Part shown: positions 63,925 through 64,000 of the stretch, in pieces
How positions within the stretch are numbered: the first letter of the stretch is position 1
How the letters are laid out: every line of letters begins with the position of its first letter
Source of the DNA: an uncultured Pelagibacteraceae bacterium
GTDB taxonomy: Bacteria; Pseudomonadota; Alphaproteobacteria; Pelagibacterales; Pelagibacteraceae
Assembly: GCA_902514945.1 (NCBI GenBank)
Contig: CABXSO010000003.1
Coordinates: 6,439-70,438, forward strand
DNA length: 64,000 nucleotides
Reading direction: 5' to 3'
Notes under the pieces: generated by a model
What the model was told of the DNA's origin: nothing
Database searches by the model: none
The model's input: only the letters and a program-made list of their open reading frames with translations
Made by a program: the position numbers and the translations under genes

Positions 63925-64000
63925 CTAATCTAATTTAACACCTATATATCTTTTCTCATTTTGGCTGTTATAGATCACCAGCAAAATAGTCTTTTGATTA
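63925..64000 (-). CDS. 3' end of upstream gene, possibly DegP/HtrA protease PDZ tail (5'-truncated)
   Basis: NQKTILLVIYNSQNEKRYIGVKLD*; resembles Do-protease C-termini, and degP-miaA-ilv order is familiar in Alphaproteobacteria. Confidence 0.5.
   Translation of the reverse strand, partial: NQKTILLVIYNSQNEKRYIGVKLD

Overview
AT-rich, very densely packed bacterial chromosome segment with tiny intergenic spaces and Lys/Asn/Ile-rich proteins. Gene content and style strongly suggest Pelagibacteraceae (SAR11, Alphaproteobacteria); this is an inference. Most of it is core metabolism: purEK, fhs, gpsA, photolyase, acnA, argE, gcvTHP behind a tandem glycine riboswitch, pxpABC, proC, msrB, mreBCD-mrdA-rodA, leuA, the ilv genes and miaA. 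It also carries two Liv/HAAT-family ABC transporter clusters. No rRNA, tRNA, CRISPR array or IS element was seen. Main observations: (1) a passenger-less inverse-autotransporter beta-barrel gene coupled to a separately secreted Thr/Ala/Gly-rich protein, a candidate two-partner surface system; (2) two unannotated single-helix micro-ORFs (27 and 23 aa), each starting 4-5 nt after the livM stop of a different ABC cluster; (3) a ufaD/ufaO/ufaM-like (furan fatty acid type) cluster appended to gcvTHP; (4) an 11-bp helix that would sequester the gcvT start codon; (5) an Asp/Glu racemase split by a 1-nt shift in an A11 tract; (6) an MreC with a coiled-coil and Cys-pair tail.
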